From NCBI GenBank assembly GCA_951406725.2, contig OX597815.1:40362001-40426000 (forward strand): a stretch of 64,000 nt of DNA. The letters run 5' to 3'. Source of the DNA: Octopus vulgaris (taxonomy: Eukaryota). A program made the position numbers and the translations under genes. Position 1 is the first letter of the stretch. Each line of letters starts with the position of its first letter. Below, one piece after another: positions 27,574 to 39,888 of the stretch. The notes beneath the pieces are model-generated. The model was not told where the DNA came from. It ran no database searches and saw nothing but the letters and a program-made list of their open reading frames with translations.

Positions 27574-27575
<2 letters not shown>
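26849..27575 (+). mobile_element. Second R4/Dong-like family, degraded 3' fragment (start duplicated at 26613-26744)
   Basis: ETIDHLISGC..RHD..NKPDIII..LID.SIP..KISEYKDL..PVIVGSLG with stops; (AAC)n/(AAT)n tail. Confidence 0.88.
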
Positions 27576-27606
<31 letters not shown>

Positions 27607-27628
27607 AATAATAATAATAATAATAATA

Positions 27629-27863
27629 ATTGGTGCTTTGGGAACTGTAAGGAAAGATATAGACAAATGGTTGAAGGAGATTAGAATAGAATGTCCTGTA
27701 GATATTCCCTAGAAAGTTTGCTTCTTTGGAACAGAAAAGATTATCAGGAGGGTCTTAAGCACTTGAAAGTCTATTTGAAAGCTTGTGGATACCTAAGGTT
27801 ACAGATAGTAGCCTGCTACCCACATAAATCCTACCAAGAATACGATCAAACCTGAGTCAAATC
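27629..27863 (+). mobile_element. Third R4/Dong-like family, extreme 3' end
   Basis: IGALGTVRKDIDKWLKEI..KVCFFGTEKIIRRVLS*, homologous to the RLE C-terminus; flanked by TAA. Confidence 0.75.
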
Positions 27864-27878
27864 AATAACAATAATAAA

Positions 27879-27911
<33 letters not shown>

Positions 27912-27912
<1 letters not shown>

Positions 27913-28463
27913 GCCCTGATGCAGTACCAGGCAGTGGCTCTCATGGCTTCTGATCTTAACTGATTGGAAGTGTTATCATGTACATTGTTTTGTCTTGGTA
28001 TAAAAGATGGGCTACAGCAAATATTCTGCTCAATACCACAGATTTGCTTGTCAGTTGTTTGACCTTAACCAGTTGACCATGTCCCTTAGTGGCTGACAAT
28101 ATGTGCATCTCTGATCATGAGAAGTAGTGGGAGAGCATCATAGCCATGTGTTGAGAGGGATTTTTTGGGGTTTGAATAATTCACCTCAGGAAACATGGGT
28201 GTTTCATTCAACATCGTTAAACAACCCTTATTCAGGGACCTTTTGAGCAGGGTGGGTTACTCGACCAGAGGAAAATTCTAACTGGGCCCCACCTGCAAGG
28301 TCATGTGCTGTTTATCTTGACATTAGATCACCATGTCGCACACAGATGGTTGTGATGCATGTGCCTAGTGTACCCTTATCAGACAGGTAATCATGATGGG
28401 TATACTGGGCTTCGTAAATTTTACTCCAGTGTCACTTTGATGGCATGCACTGCTCTCTCACTC
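27912..28463. mobile_element. ~550-bp non-coding element flanked on both sides by (TAA)n; probably non-autonomous
   Basis: Other copies at 26097-26565 and 26741-26825 share the same right boundary; no credible ORF. Confidence 0.75.
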
Positions 28464-28926
28464 AATAACAATAATAATAATAATAATAGTAATAATAATA
28501 ATGATATTAAAATAATCATAATGGTTTCAAATTTTGAGCATTTTCAGGGAAGGGGATAAGGCGATTACATCAACCCTGGTGATCAATTGGTACTTATTGT
28601 ATTGACCTTGTAAAGATGAAAAGGCAAAGCCAACCTTGGTGGAATTTTGAAATCAGTATGTAAAGATGGATGAAAGATGGCTAAGCATTTTTGCCTGGCC
28701 TGCTAACAATTCTGCCAGCTTGCTGCCTTGATGATGATGATGATGATGATGATGATGACAATGATGACAACAACGATGACAATGACGACAACAACGAAGA
28801 CGACAACAGTGGCAATGACGGTGATGATGATGATGCAGAGAACAACACTCCTTGGAACTGTTAGTTTTAATTACTTTTTCTGATGAGTTGTAGTACACCT
28901 GAGCACTGTATACAATAAAATCATCA

Positions 28927-28972
<46 letters not shown>

Positions 28973-29001
28973 CATCATCATCATCATTATTATCATTATC
29001 C

Positions 29002-29039
<38 letters not shown>

Positions 29040-30039
29040 GAATACTTAGAAAAGTACTTGACAATTAAAGGAGCCACCTCACTCCACTGCTCCGGGACAG
29101 CTGGCACCAGTATTACACCAACAACAACAGATGGTGAGTGACAAATGATAAAATAACAAGAACAACAATAATAATAACAATAATGGTTTTAAATTTTGTC
29201 ACAAATTCAGTAATTTTAAGGGATGGGAAAGTCAATTACATCAACACCAGTACTTCACTGGTACTTATTTCATGCCGGAACCATGCAGTTGGTAAACAAG
29301 CTACTTACCACTCCTACACACTCCTACACACAACATGCTAACAATTCCGCCAGCTAATCAATAATGAATTTATAGTGTATAGGGCTCAGGTGCACAACAA
29401 CTCATCAGAAAAAGTCGAAAGCAAAGACAGAAAGTAGTAATAAGTTAAGTAAAGAAAGAGAGCAATGATAGCCAAAGTGAATCCACTGCACACAGAATAA
29501 AATGCAAAAAGATAGAAAAATGAACAATTAAAAAATCATAATGGGGAAAAGGGTACAAAGGCACATCAAAAGTAATATTGGCAAATTTTAGAAAGCATAG
29601 ACTCTTTTAAGGATTCAGTGTCCTGAAGCTAAAATCTGACATGGGTAGTTTATGCTGTACTTCAACAATTCAGAACTTGATATGAAATCATCATCATCAT
29701 CATCATCATCGTTTAACGTCCGTTTTCCATGCTAGCATGGGTTGGACAGTTCAACTGGGGCCTGGGAAGCCAGAAGGCTGCACCAGGCCCAGTCTGATCT
29801 GGCAGTATTTCTACAGCTGGATGCCCTTCCTAATGCCAACCAGTGTAGTGGGTGCTTTTTACGTGCCATCTGCACAGGGGCCAGATGGGGCTGGTAAAAA
29901 CGGCCACGGTCGGATGGTGCTTTTTACGTGCCACCACTAATTAGAAATGAATGTCTAATTAGGTACTGCAAATTTTAAACAAGGGAGTGTTGGTGTTATT
30001 CTTGTTATTATTGCTGTTTAGCCAAGATCAGGGCTGAGT

Positions 30040-30290
30040 AAAAGTAAAGTTACCTTCTTGAGTCATACTGACTCACAAGGGTCAGTTTCCCTGTTTCATG
30101 GCATATATATTCTCCACCTGGATGGGATGCTGGTCCATTGCAGCGTTACTCATTTTTGCCAACTGAGTGGACTGGAGCAACATGAAATGAAGTGTTTTGC
30201 ACAAGAACATAATGCATCGGCCCAGTCCAGGAATCAAAACCACAATCTTACCATCATGAGTCTAGCACCCTAACCACAAAGCCACATGCT
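30040..30290 (-). mobile_element. tRNA-derived SINE with a Meta/V-domain-like central segment
   Basis: Minus strand gtggctttgtggttagggtgc head, then ..gcaatggaccagcatcccatccagg. Confidence 0.6.
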
Positions 30291-30359
30291 GTCACTGAGC
30301 GAGCATGCCTATACATTATTTACATTTGACGAATATTTGTCCTCATCTTGTTTTTTGTT

Positions 30360-30407
30360 AACACAACATTTTGGCTGATATACCCTCCAGCCTTCATCAG
30401 TGTCCTG
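30360..30407 (-). ncRNA. Decayed minimal hammerhead in a Penelope terminal region
   Basis: GACA-CUGAUGA-A-GGCUG(10 nt)CAGCC-aAAAuGUU-GUGU; two transitions away from GAAACGUU. Confidence 0.55.
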
Positions 30408-30450
30408 GGGAAATTCCGAACCTGGGTTCTCATTCCTAAAGTATTTTTAG

Positions 30451-30468
30451 ATGTTGTTGTTGTTGTTA

Positions 30469-30533
<65 letters not shown>

Positions 30534-30556
30534 TATCATTATCATTATTATTATTA

Positions 30557-30612
<56 letters not shown>

Positions 30613-30687
30613 TATCATTATCATCATCATCATTATTATTATTATTATTATTATCATTATTATTATTATTATTATCATTATCATTAC

Positions 30688-30754
<67 letters not shown>
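30451..30754. repeat. ~300-bp (TTA)n microsatellite inside the Penelope-like 3' region
   Basis: Direct reading. Confidence 0.97.
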
Positions 30755-30758
<4 letters not shown>

Positions 30759-31297
30759 TCACTGCTTGGAATCGAACTCGGAGTCTTGGGGTCAGTAGCC
30801 TGCGCTCTTAACTATATACCTGTGGGCAATTATGGAGTGAATTTTAGGGTTTATAAATCAAATATTTTCCTATCCTTCCTTAATACCGGTTCCCATACAC
30901 TACTCATATCTGCACTCAGTCTGCTTAGGAGGTTGTTGTGTCCTAGCATATGTGCTGCTTCTTTTAGTTTTCGTATTTTCCAGTTGTGTTCTCTGTCTAT
31001 TATTTTAACTTCAGCTCACAGGGGAAGGTGGTCTCCATTTTTCCATACATGATCAGCTATACCCGATTTATCAATATCTCCTCGTGTCACAGCTTTGCAA
31101 TGTTCGCCTACCCTTATATTGAGGGGGCAGCATGTTTCACCTTTGTATAACATACCACAGCTGCATATGATGGATTACACGTAGTCTTTGGTCATATTCT
31201 CTTCTATTGGTGGTTTTACTTGAAAGAGATATTTGTGAAGTGTTGTATTAATCTTGAATACTGTCCTGATGTCATATGGGCTGCATATCTTTTGCAT

Positions 31298-32191
31298 TGT
31301 AGAACGACCGTGCGAAGGAGAGGTGACGAGAATGGCTCCTTTAGTACACTACACGGTCGATTAACATAAATATGAAAAGGATAAATGAGTATAAGTGCCA
31401 GAAAGAAAAGAGAGACACAACCGGTAGAATGTTTAAAAGAAAGGTTTTATTTATGTGTTAACATGTGTGTGTATGCATCATGTATATACATAATAATAGA
31501 CAGGCCGTCATGTATTCATAATGTGTGCATTAAAATACAGAGTATTGAAGAATGTTCAGACACAATGATAAATACCAGTTCATAGTCAAAGTACACGATA
31601 GTTGAAGTGCTGTAACAAGAAATTGAGGCAGCAATGCAGAGCCAGGTTACTTGGTACAGGAGTTCTCGCAGGTTGGGTTTGCTGTTAGCCATGGTAAAGT
31701 AATTCACAAACAGTGTTGAGATGAACCTGAATGAATGTTGATGGTTGCTGTGTATGTAATAAGATGTTGTTGACAACATTAAGACGGAGGTGACAGAGAT
31801 GGAGGTCCTGTATGCTGCTGGACAAAGTGTTGATGTTTCTCCATGTGGCTACTGGTGTTGTCGCTGGAACTGGCTGTGTGCTCAGTGGTCAGTGGCTAGA
31901 TCTTAGAAGGTCTAGAACCAAAAACGAAATATGGTGTTGAAACTAGCTTTTTATAGGGACCAGTCAGTGCAAACAAAGGTTTAGAAGAGACTGTCTCATG
32001 TGATCTTATCAGAAGGCTGCGATTAGTTGGGTTGCATATTGGTGCACAATAGAGCAAGAGACAAGTTGTGCCAATACCAACCAATCAGAGTAGTGGACAC
32101 AACAGGGTACAAAAGAGTGGCCGAAGGCTAGCTGTTATCTACTACATCCATATTCATGTATATATAACAGAGAAAGAGAGAGTCTACTACA
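31298..32191 (-). mobile_element. Solo LTR, 894 bp
   Basis: Termini TGTAG...CTACA; 4-bp TSD gcat/gtat; minus-strand TATAAAAA (31948-31955) and AATAAA (31446-31451). Confidence 0.8.
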
Positions 32192-33269
32192 GTATCTTTT
32201 CGGAGAGACCTTTCACATAGGGTAGACAGACTGTGGACAGTTTATTGGTTTTATCCTCTCTTTTCTTCATAATTAGAGTGGATAGTATGTTTTTGAGGTA
32301 ACTTTTGCTGGTCATACAGACTGGGGAGGTACTGAGGAGAACTGAGTTAAGTTGTCCAAGTGATGTGTATTCTGATATCAAGGATATATGAGGTCCACTG
32401 TCAAGGAATTAGTCAACCTAACTCTATAGTGGATAAACCTTTTCCCAAGATGCTATGAATTGAAATTAAACCTGGAACCACGTGATTGCAAAGTGATCTT
32501 ACCCACACAGTCATCCTTGCACTCTACTAAACTTGTATTTACTTTTATTGACTCCTCAAGGATCACAAATAAAGACAATCCAAACAGGGTTTAAACTCAG
32601 GGCATTGATATTGAATATGTGCTTGGTGATGACTTTTTACATACAGAGTGTAACTGAGTTTCAAGTGATAGAGTAATTTAGGTACTCTGTGTCACGTATT
32701 GGTATGACCCAAATCTTTGAATAACATACAATTGAAAACACACAATATCTAAAGTGCCTATTAAATCCATGACAGTATACAAAGGTGTTTACTTGCTAAA
32801 CAGGCAAAAATAGCTGAGTTCAAATTAATGATATTGATAACGATAACACACTACCACACATGGAAACACACACACACACATGCACACACACACACACACA
32901 CACATACACACACACACACACATACACACACACACACACACATGCACACACACACACACACATGCACACACACACACACATGTGCGCACACATGCACACA
33001 CACCTACGCACTCTGATACTGATATAGAGAGTGATAATGTAAGCAGAAAGTCTCACCAAAAGCAAAATTAGATTAAATTAGAGATTAAAAGTTTTTAATC
33101 TAAATAATAATTTTGTTTTGTTTTAACAGCAACAAAAAATATTAATATAACTTTGATCATAAATTTAGGGAAAGAATGTAACCAAATAAACTACCCCTTG
33201 CCCCAATATTTGTTCTATTAACCTCCAAAGTTAACCATATACATACACATGCTTGGCCTGGCTTCATGC

Positions 33270-33600
33270 TCTTGCTTGATGGGACTGGGGATCATTCCTA
33301 TTTAGTGGTCCCAGAGGTATCATCATGTGTAGAACTGACCAGGTTTACTAGTGCTCTCCATCACTGGTGGGCCCATGCCAGCCCCTCTGCATTCTCCAGA
33401 GTGATGTCAAGCCTCTGGAGATCTTCCTCAATCATATCCAACCATCTGATGCAGGGCCTGTGACGAGGCCTCTTCCAGCCCACAGCTGATGTGTTGAATG
33501 AGTGTAAAGCCCTGGTAGGATGATCTAGTGGAAGATGGAGGATATGTCATACCAGCACATGCAATAGATAGCTATGTTATAGGAGACTGCAGGTTGATGC
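33270..33600 (-). mobile_element. RTE-like C-terminal fragment of a different family
   Basis: Minus strand HP TRAL..GWKRPRHRPCIRWLDMIEEDL..WRALV. Confidence 0.65.
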
Positions 33601-34523
33601 ATGTGCACACACATGCACACATGTATATTAGTAAACCGGCTGTGAGTATTCTTTGTTCTGTATAGCTTATGATTATTTTTTTTAGCTTTTGATGAGTTGA
33701 TTTTGAGGTATAATTTAGTTTTTAAGGTCAGGCAGGAAGTGTATGTTACATGATGTTTGGGTATATATACCTGTTAAAATATACAGGCAAAGATGATTTT
33801 GGTAAAATTTGAACTCAGAGCACAAAAGGGATAGAACTAGATGACACCCATAGCTTTTATCAAATACTCTAATAATTGTGTTATTCGACCACCACCCATC
33901 TGTTTATAATTAATATATCATGAAGCAGAAGGCCCATTACATTGATTGCCAAAAACAAACAAAAAATACTGAACACCTGGCATGAAACCAATCAATATGT
34001 TATGTGAGCCGTTTATTAGTCACTCATAAAAGACTTAATCATAATATAAATATATTACTAAAAATATATAGGCCATATTATCACATTTCCTGTAACACAT
34101 GCAATGTTGTTGAGGATTTTGGCTTTCTGTCATAATTTCTGTTGCCATTTTAAAGTTTTTTCTACATTTATATATTTTGAGCATTTATTTTAGAATCTGG
34201 ATACCTTTTAAACCAAAAACTTTGATGTACTCAGGAACCAAACTGGCCTTATACAGTTATATACACGGATTCTATAGGTTGGCTATATATATATATATTC
34301 ATTTGTTGTTATTTAATATGTTCAGTTAAAATTAAATGGAATGTTCTTTAAGGCTATAAATAGCTTTGGCTTTGGATGTCTAAAAAGATGTCTCAAACTG
34401 AAAAGTTTGTTTGATATCTATTTTATTAATATCTTCTCTCCCTGATCTCTCTCTCCCATTTTATACAAAACTATATATGTATCTATGCATGTATAAATAT
34501 GTATGTATATAAATATATGTTTG

Positions 34524-34561
<38 letters not shown>

Positions 34562-34635
34562 TAGAAAACATAAATCCAGAGAAGAAGCACACTGTAAGAA
34601 GTAGAGCAGTATATGTTTTTTACTGGGGAAGGCCG

Positions 34636-34723
34636 AGGCCAGTTTATGGGGTTACCCTGGGTTTTCCGTACATAAAGGGTTTAACTTTATGGTGTATCAT
34701 CAGACCCCAAGACCTGTTGGCCT
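34636..34723 (-). ncRNA. Type I hammerhead-ribozyme-like motif
   Basis: Stem I UGGGGU/ACCCCA plus distal AGGCCA/UGGCCU; CUGAUGA; stem II CAUAAAG/CUUUAUG; GGAAAA; palindromic ACCC-A-GGGU; GUA triplet. Confidence 0.65.
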
Positions 34724-35363
34724 AAGACTTCTCTGGTATGCACATAAACACACACACACACACACAGATTTATAATATGTGCATGTATATGTGTGTATAT
34801 ATATATTTACCTCTGTGTGTGTGTGTGTGTATATATACATACATATATACATATATATAAACATATATATATTTATAGGATATGCAAACTATATATAATA
34901 TTTCTAATAAATACATACTCTTCAAAAAAGCACTGAGAAAATCATTAGTTTAATGTTAAGCTGTTTTTATTATAACTGATATAAAAACATTCAATGTGTG
35001 TGTTTGGGGGAGGGGCGGTGTATTGAAATATATATACATACATTTATATATATAATTATAATATGAGGGAATATTATTCCAAACTTACAGGGAAAAATTC
35101 AATTTAGAAATACTAAATCAAATTTCGCAAAATATAATATACATATATAAATTTTTAAAAAACACCTTTTTATCAATTCAATAAGGAAAAATTAAATTAT
35201 ACTATTTAGAAAAATTACATCTTGTCGAAAGATTAAATATAAGATAAAACATATAACAATGATTATCTTAAAGTGCAAATAATAAATAAAACGTATATAT
35301 TTGGTAGAATAACAAATATTTGTTTTGCAAGACTCTTGATGTGAAATCATGTGTTGAAACAGG

Positions 35364-35702
35364 TATTGTTATATTTAGGGATCGTTATATTTTGCCAATT
35401 AAACACATGCACTATATATTTGGTCTTCAGTTCAGCTTTATTATTATTATTATTATTATTGCTTCTTTGTTAAAATTCTTTCATCATACATCCTGTAATT
35501 TCTTCAATGGCTCTTTAGCCCACGTGTTTCTTTTTGTTATCAAGAGGAGACACGTGGTCTAAAGCGTCACTGAATATGTCACAGGATGTGTGATGGAAGA
35601 GCTATGACAAAGGAACATGAATAATCATGATAAAACTGATAAAAAGACCAAATATATTGTGCATATGGTTAATTGGAAAATTTTAACCATCCTCAAGTAT
35701 AA

Positions 35703-35707
<5 letters not shown>
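35364..35707. repeat. Long imperfect inverted repeat with a 4-nt loop
   Basis: Arms 35364-35536 and 35541-35707; the inner 72 bp align without gaps. Confidence 0.9.
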
Positions 35708-35746
<39 letters not shown>

Positions 35747-35949
35747 TTTATACTTGGGGAGGGTCATATTTTGCCAATTAACTACACGCACCAGAGTAGT
35801 CACCATATTTCATTCTGTAACTGCCATCTATGAAGAGCGCAGGGTTATATAATCACATTGTTACCTAACACTCCATTGAAGCCCTAGTGCAAAACTGTTC
35901 AGTAAGATTGGCCATAATGGATGCATAATACTGTACACTTCAATTTATA

Positions 35950-36523
<574 letters not shown>

Positions 36524-36525
<2 letters not shown>

Positions 36526-37014
36526 AATAAGAGTGACTTGTTAGCAATTTTTCAACTGAAAGGCAAAAGTACGTACATCACTAAAGCAACTGAGGATGCT
36601 ATTCAGCACCAGTATTGCTAGAAATAAGAGTTAAAACAACTCACAGCCACAATAATGTACTGTCTTATTTACTGACAATGATGCTTTAGTGACATATATT
36701 TTTGCCTTTCAGTTGAAAAATTGCTAACAAGCCACCCTTATTATTTATAATTTACACATTTACTATTTATGAAATCAGCATATGATTTCTATAGTGATCT
36801 TATAAGCTGGCAAGGCAAGTTAAGTTTAACCCAAAGCACTGGTGAGACCCACTGAGGAACATTAATGTAAATGCAAAATCACTGGTAAACTGGCTATGTC
36901 TGGTGCTCAGGGAGCTTGCCTCTCTTGTCAGTAAATTAGACACTCCGTTATTGTGGCTATCAGTTATTTTGACTCTTAATTCTAGCAATACTGGTGCTGA
37001 ATAGCGCCCTCAGT
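36524..37014. repeat. Interleaved inverted repeats A-B-A'-C-B'
   Basis: A 36524-36588 / A' 36682-36744; B 36589-36678 / B' 36925-37014. Confidence 0.85.
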
Positions 37015-37106
37015 CACTATCCATATATAAATATGTCCGAGTCAGATACCATGATAGATTGTTAGCCACTACACACACTTTTTTTTCTCTCCTTGTTTTC
37101 TGTGTC

Positions 37107-37143
37107 CCTTTCTGTAGAAGAGCGTAGGCTCGAAACGTAAAAT
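37107..37143 (+). ncRNA. Hammerhead-like motif with a non-canonical core, in a repeat (terminal fragment also at 49357-49427 -)
   Basis: UUU-CUGUAGA-A-GAGC(guag)GCUC-GAAAC-GUA-AAA. Confidence 0.4.
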
Positions 37144-37387
37144 ACTTTTTCTATTCCTGAGCATTATACTAATACATCTGTTTGTTTTGTACACCACCTG
37201 TCTTCCTCTTTTGTTTTTTTCCGTAAACTCTCCCTATATAAATATATACATACATATATAAGTGTGTGTGTGTGTGTGTGTGTATGTGTGTGTGTGTAGC
37301 ATATGATGCACATTCAGAGAATCGTCCAACCATTACAATGCTCCCCTTATAGACTTGGATATCAGGCCACACACACACACATTTATA

Positions 37388-37799
37388 TCTTTTACTCTTT
37401 TACACCTTTACTTGCTTCAGTCAATTGACTGTGGCCATGCTGGAGCACCGCCTTTAGTTGAGCAAATTGACCCCAGAACTTATTCTTTGTAAGCCTAGTA
37501 CTTATTCTATTGGCCTCTCTTGCCGAACCACTAAGTTACTGGGATGTAAACACACCAGCATCGGTTGTCAAGCGATGTTGGGGGAACAAACACAGACACA
37601 CAAACATACACACATATATATATATACATAAATACGACAGGCTTCTTTCAGTTTCCATCTACTAAATCCACTCACAAGGCTTTGGTCGGCCTGAGGCTAT
37701 AGTAGAAGACACTTGCCCAAGGTGCCATGCAGTGGGACTGAACCCGGAACCATGTGTTTGGTAAGTAAGCTACTTACCACACAGCCGCTCCTACGCCTA
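37388..37799 (-). mobile_element. SINE family A
   Basis: Reverse complement of the family A sequence. Confidence 0.9.
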
Positions 37800-37829
37800 T
37801 AAGTATATATATGTATGTATTCATGATTT

Positions 37830-39888
37830 TTCTTTTATTTTTATTTAAGATCTCAAGAAAGTTGAAGCCGGTTGCTAACAAAGCAACAAGACTTTTTGAC
37901 ATAAGAAAGTTCCAAGTGTTTGTAAATATGTGATTGAGTTGGTATGGTTGTTGAACAGTTGATGCATACACTCAAGTGTGTGCATCTATTCACATAAGAA
38001 TCTCAGATGGAGATTCTACATTAATTCACCATAAATGTTCTCTTTTTCCTGGACTTTTGATTGTCCATTCACTTCACATCTACTGGACAGCTGACCTCTA
38101 CAACAGTTCCCTGTCCCACAGAACAATATCAGGTCTTTTTATGTTTGCACTGAATTGATGTATTTATTGGGGTGTTCCATCAATATTCTTTGTTTTCAAA
38201 GGTGTGAATACCTGCTGGTTCTGACATCCTTTGATTTATATGTCAGAGCAGTCCTTCCTGTGGATAGCATTGTAAATATTCCTTGTAACTATATCGTGGC
38301 TCAGGGGTAGGTAGTATCTTGTAGACATTTTGGGGTAGCTGCTGATGATGTGGGTGATATCTTTCACACTGGTTTAGCAGAGCTGATAATTTTTTTTTTA
38401 GGAGTGGCTCTGTGGTAAGTAGCTTGCTTACCAACCACATGGTTCCGGGTTCATTCCCACTGCGTGGCACCTTGGGCAAGTGTCTTCTACTATAGCCTTG
38501 GGCCGACCAATGCCTTGTGGGTGGATTTGGTAGACAGAAACTGAAAGAAGCCCATCATATATATGTATATATATATATATGTATGTGTGTATATATGTTT
38601 GTGTGTCTGTGTTTGTCCCCCAACATCGCTTGACAACCGATGGTGATGTGTTTACGTCCCTGTAACTTAGCAGTTCAGCAAAAGGGACCGATAAAATAAG
38701 TACTAGGCTTCTAAAGAATAAGTCCTGGGTCGATTTTCTCGACTAAAGGCGGTGCTCCAGCATGGCCACAGTCAAAAGACTAAAACAAATAAAAGAGTAA
38801 AAGAGTAAAAGAGTATAATGTGGAGGTTTGTTGGTATCTTTGTCTCTCTTGTTTATCAGGTATTTAGTCGCTATGTCTTGTTCCTGGAGAGTGAAGGCAT
38901 ATCCTTCTAGGTAGGATGTAATATATCTATTGAAAGACAAGAGATGCTACTCTTCCTGTCAATGCTGTTGTTTCCCTCTATCTTATGGGATATGTACCCA
39001 TGCATTGCCTTTTGTTAATATGATACCTGCTTCTCCTCTAAGGTTCTGTTTAGGTAGGCCAGTCCAGCCTCCTTTGGGTTGCATGAGGGTTAGTTGTATT
39101 CTCAGAGTAACTACACAGTGATTCTTCTCCAACTCTGAGGATGTTGTTGCTCTCATTTTTGAATATGTATTCATTTCTTTCTTTACTGTTCAGCAGGGGT
39201 TCTTTGACCGATACAGTGCTACATTCAAAGGCTGCTTGGACTGACATTATGCCTCTACCACCATCGCTTTCTCTTACATAAATCCTATCAGTGTTGCTAT
39301 TAATGTGGAAGTTGCTAGTAGTGGTCAGTATCTTTCTAGTTTCCAGGGCCCCAATAATTACAGGTAAAAACTTGAACTTGTAATCTGGATAGAGTAACTC
39401 CAGATTTCTCAATAGTTCAGGATAGGTGTTCTCTTTTTCACTGATCTTCAGCTTTATGTTAACATCTGCTGAGCAGCTAATTTCCACAACTGTGCACTAT
39501 TTCTCTTCTCTATCCCAAATTATTATATCAGGTCTATTGTGATTACATTTTATATTAGTCTTCACTGGTACACTCCACCAGCATTCCTTTTTATTATGAG
39601 AGGTTATGAGTGGCTTCTACCATATTGTGGGTTCTTATTCCTATGTCCTTGGGATTCTCCTTCTGACAGATTTCATTATAGCGTCCTAAGTACAACATCA
39701 TATCTCATTGGTAGATAATACTGTGATGACATTTATGGACAACTGCTTATGATGTGCACAATATCTTCAGTGTGAACTCTGCAAAGTCTGCATCGGTTGT
39801 CTCATTTTAAAGCTTTTCCTGCATCTCTACCCCTTTTTGTGCATCAGGTACTTGATTGATATTTCCTGTTCCTGGATTGCAAACGCAT
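37830..39888 (-). mobile_element. Two fused, degraded RLE-type (R4/Dong-like) LINE fragments (39888-39340 and 39340-37830); the latter is interrupted by a SINE
   Basis: Minus strand reads AFAIQEQEI..CRLC..HIISSC..NRPDIIIWD..VEISC..PVIIGAL, then RKIL..GGRG..EGYAFTLQEQ..HIISS..RPDIVLWD..VEVSCP. Confidence 0.8.
38400..38814 (+). mobile_element. SINE family A
   Basis: Colinear with 51932-52401. Confidence 0.9.

Larger units (their letters stand above)
30313..32385 (-). mobile_element. Penelope-like element (linker, GIY-YIG endonuclease, 3' terminal region), split by a solo LTR
   Basis: Minus strand LPYVKGLSEKI|QKICSPYDIRTVFK..DYV*SIICSCGMLYKGET..LNIRVGEH..SGIADHVW..RKLKEA; the frame rejoins across the LTR. 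A terminal fragment is repeated at 54245-54306. Confidence 0.88.

Noticed and set aside
31013-31022. In-frame TGA in the Penelope GIY-YIG as possible selenocysteine
   Set aside because: It falls where Trp is plausible (TGG to TGA), and the copy has another stop, so decay is the simpler explanation.
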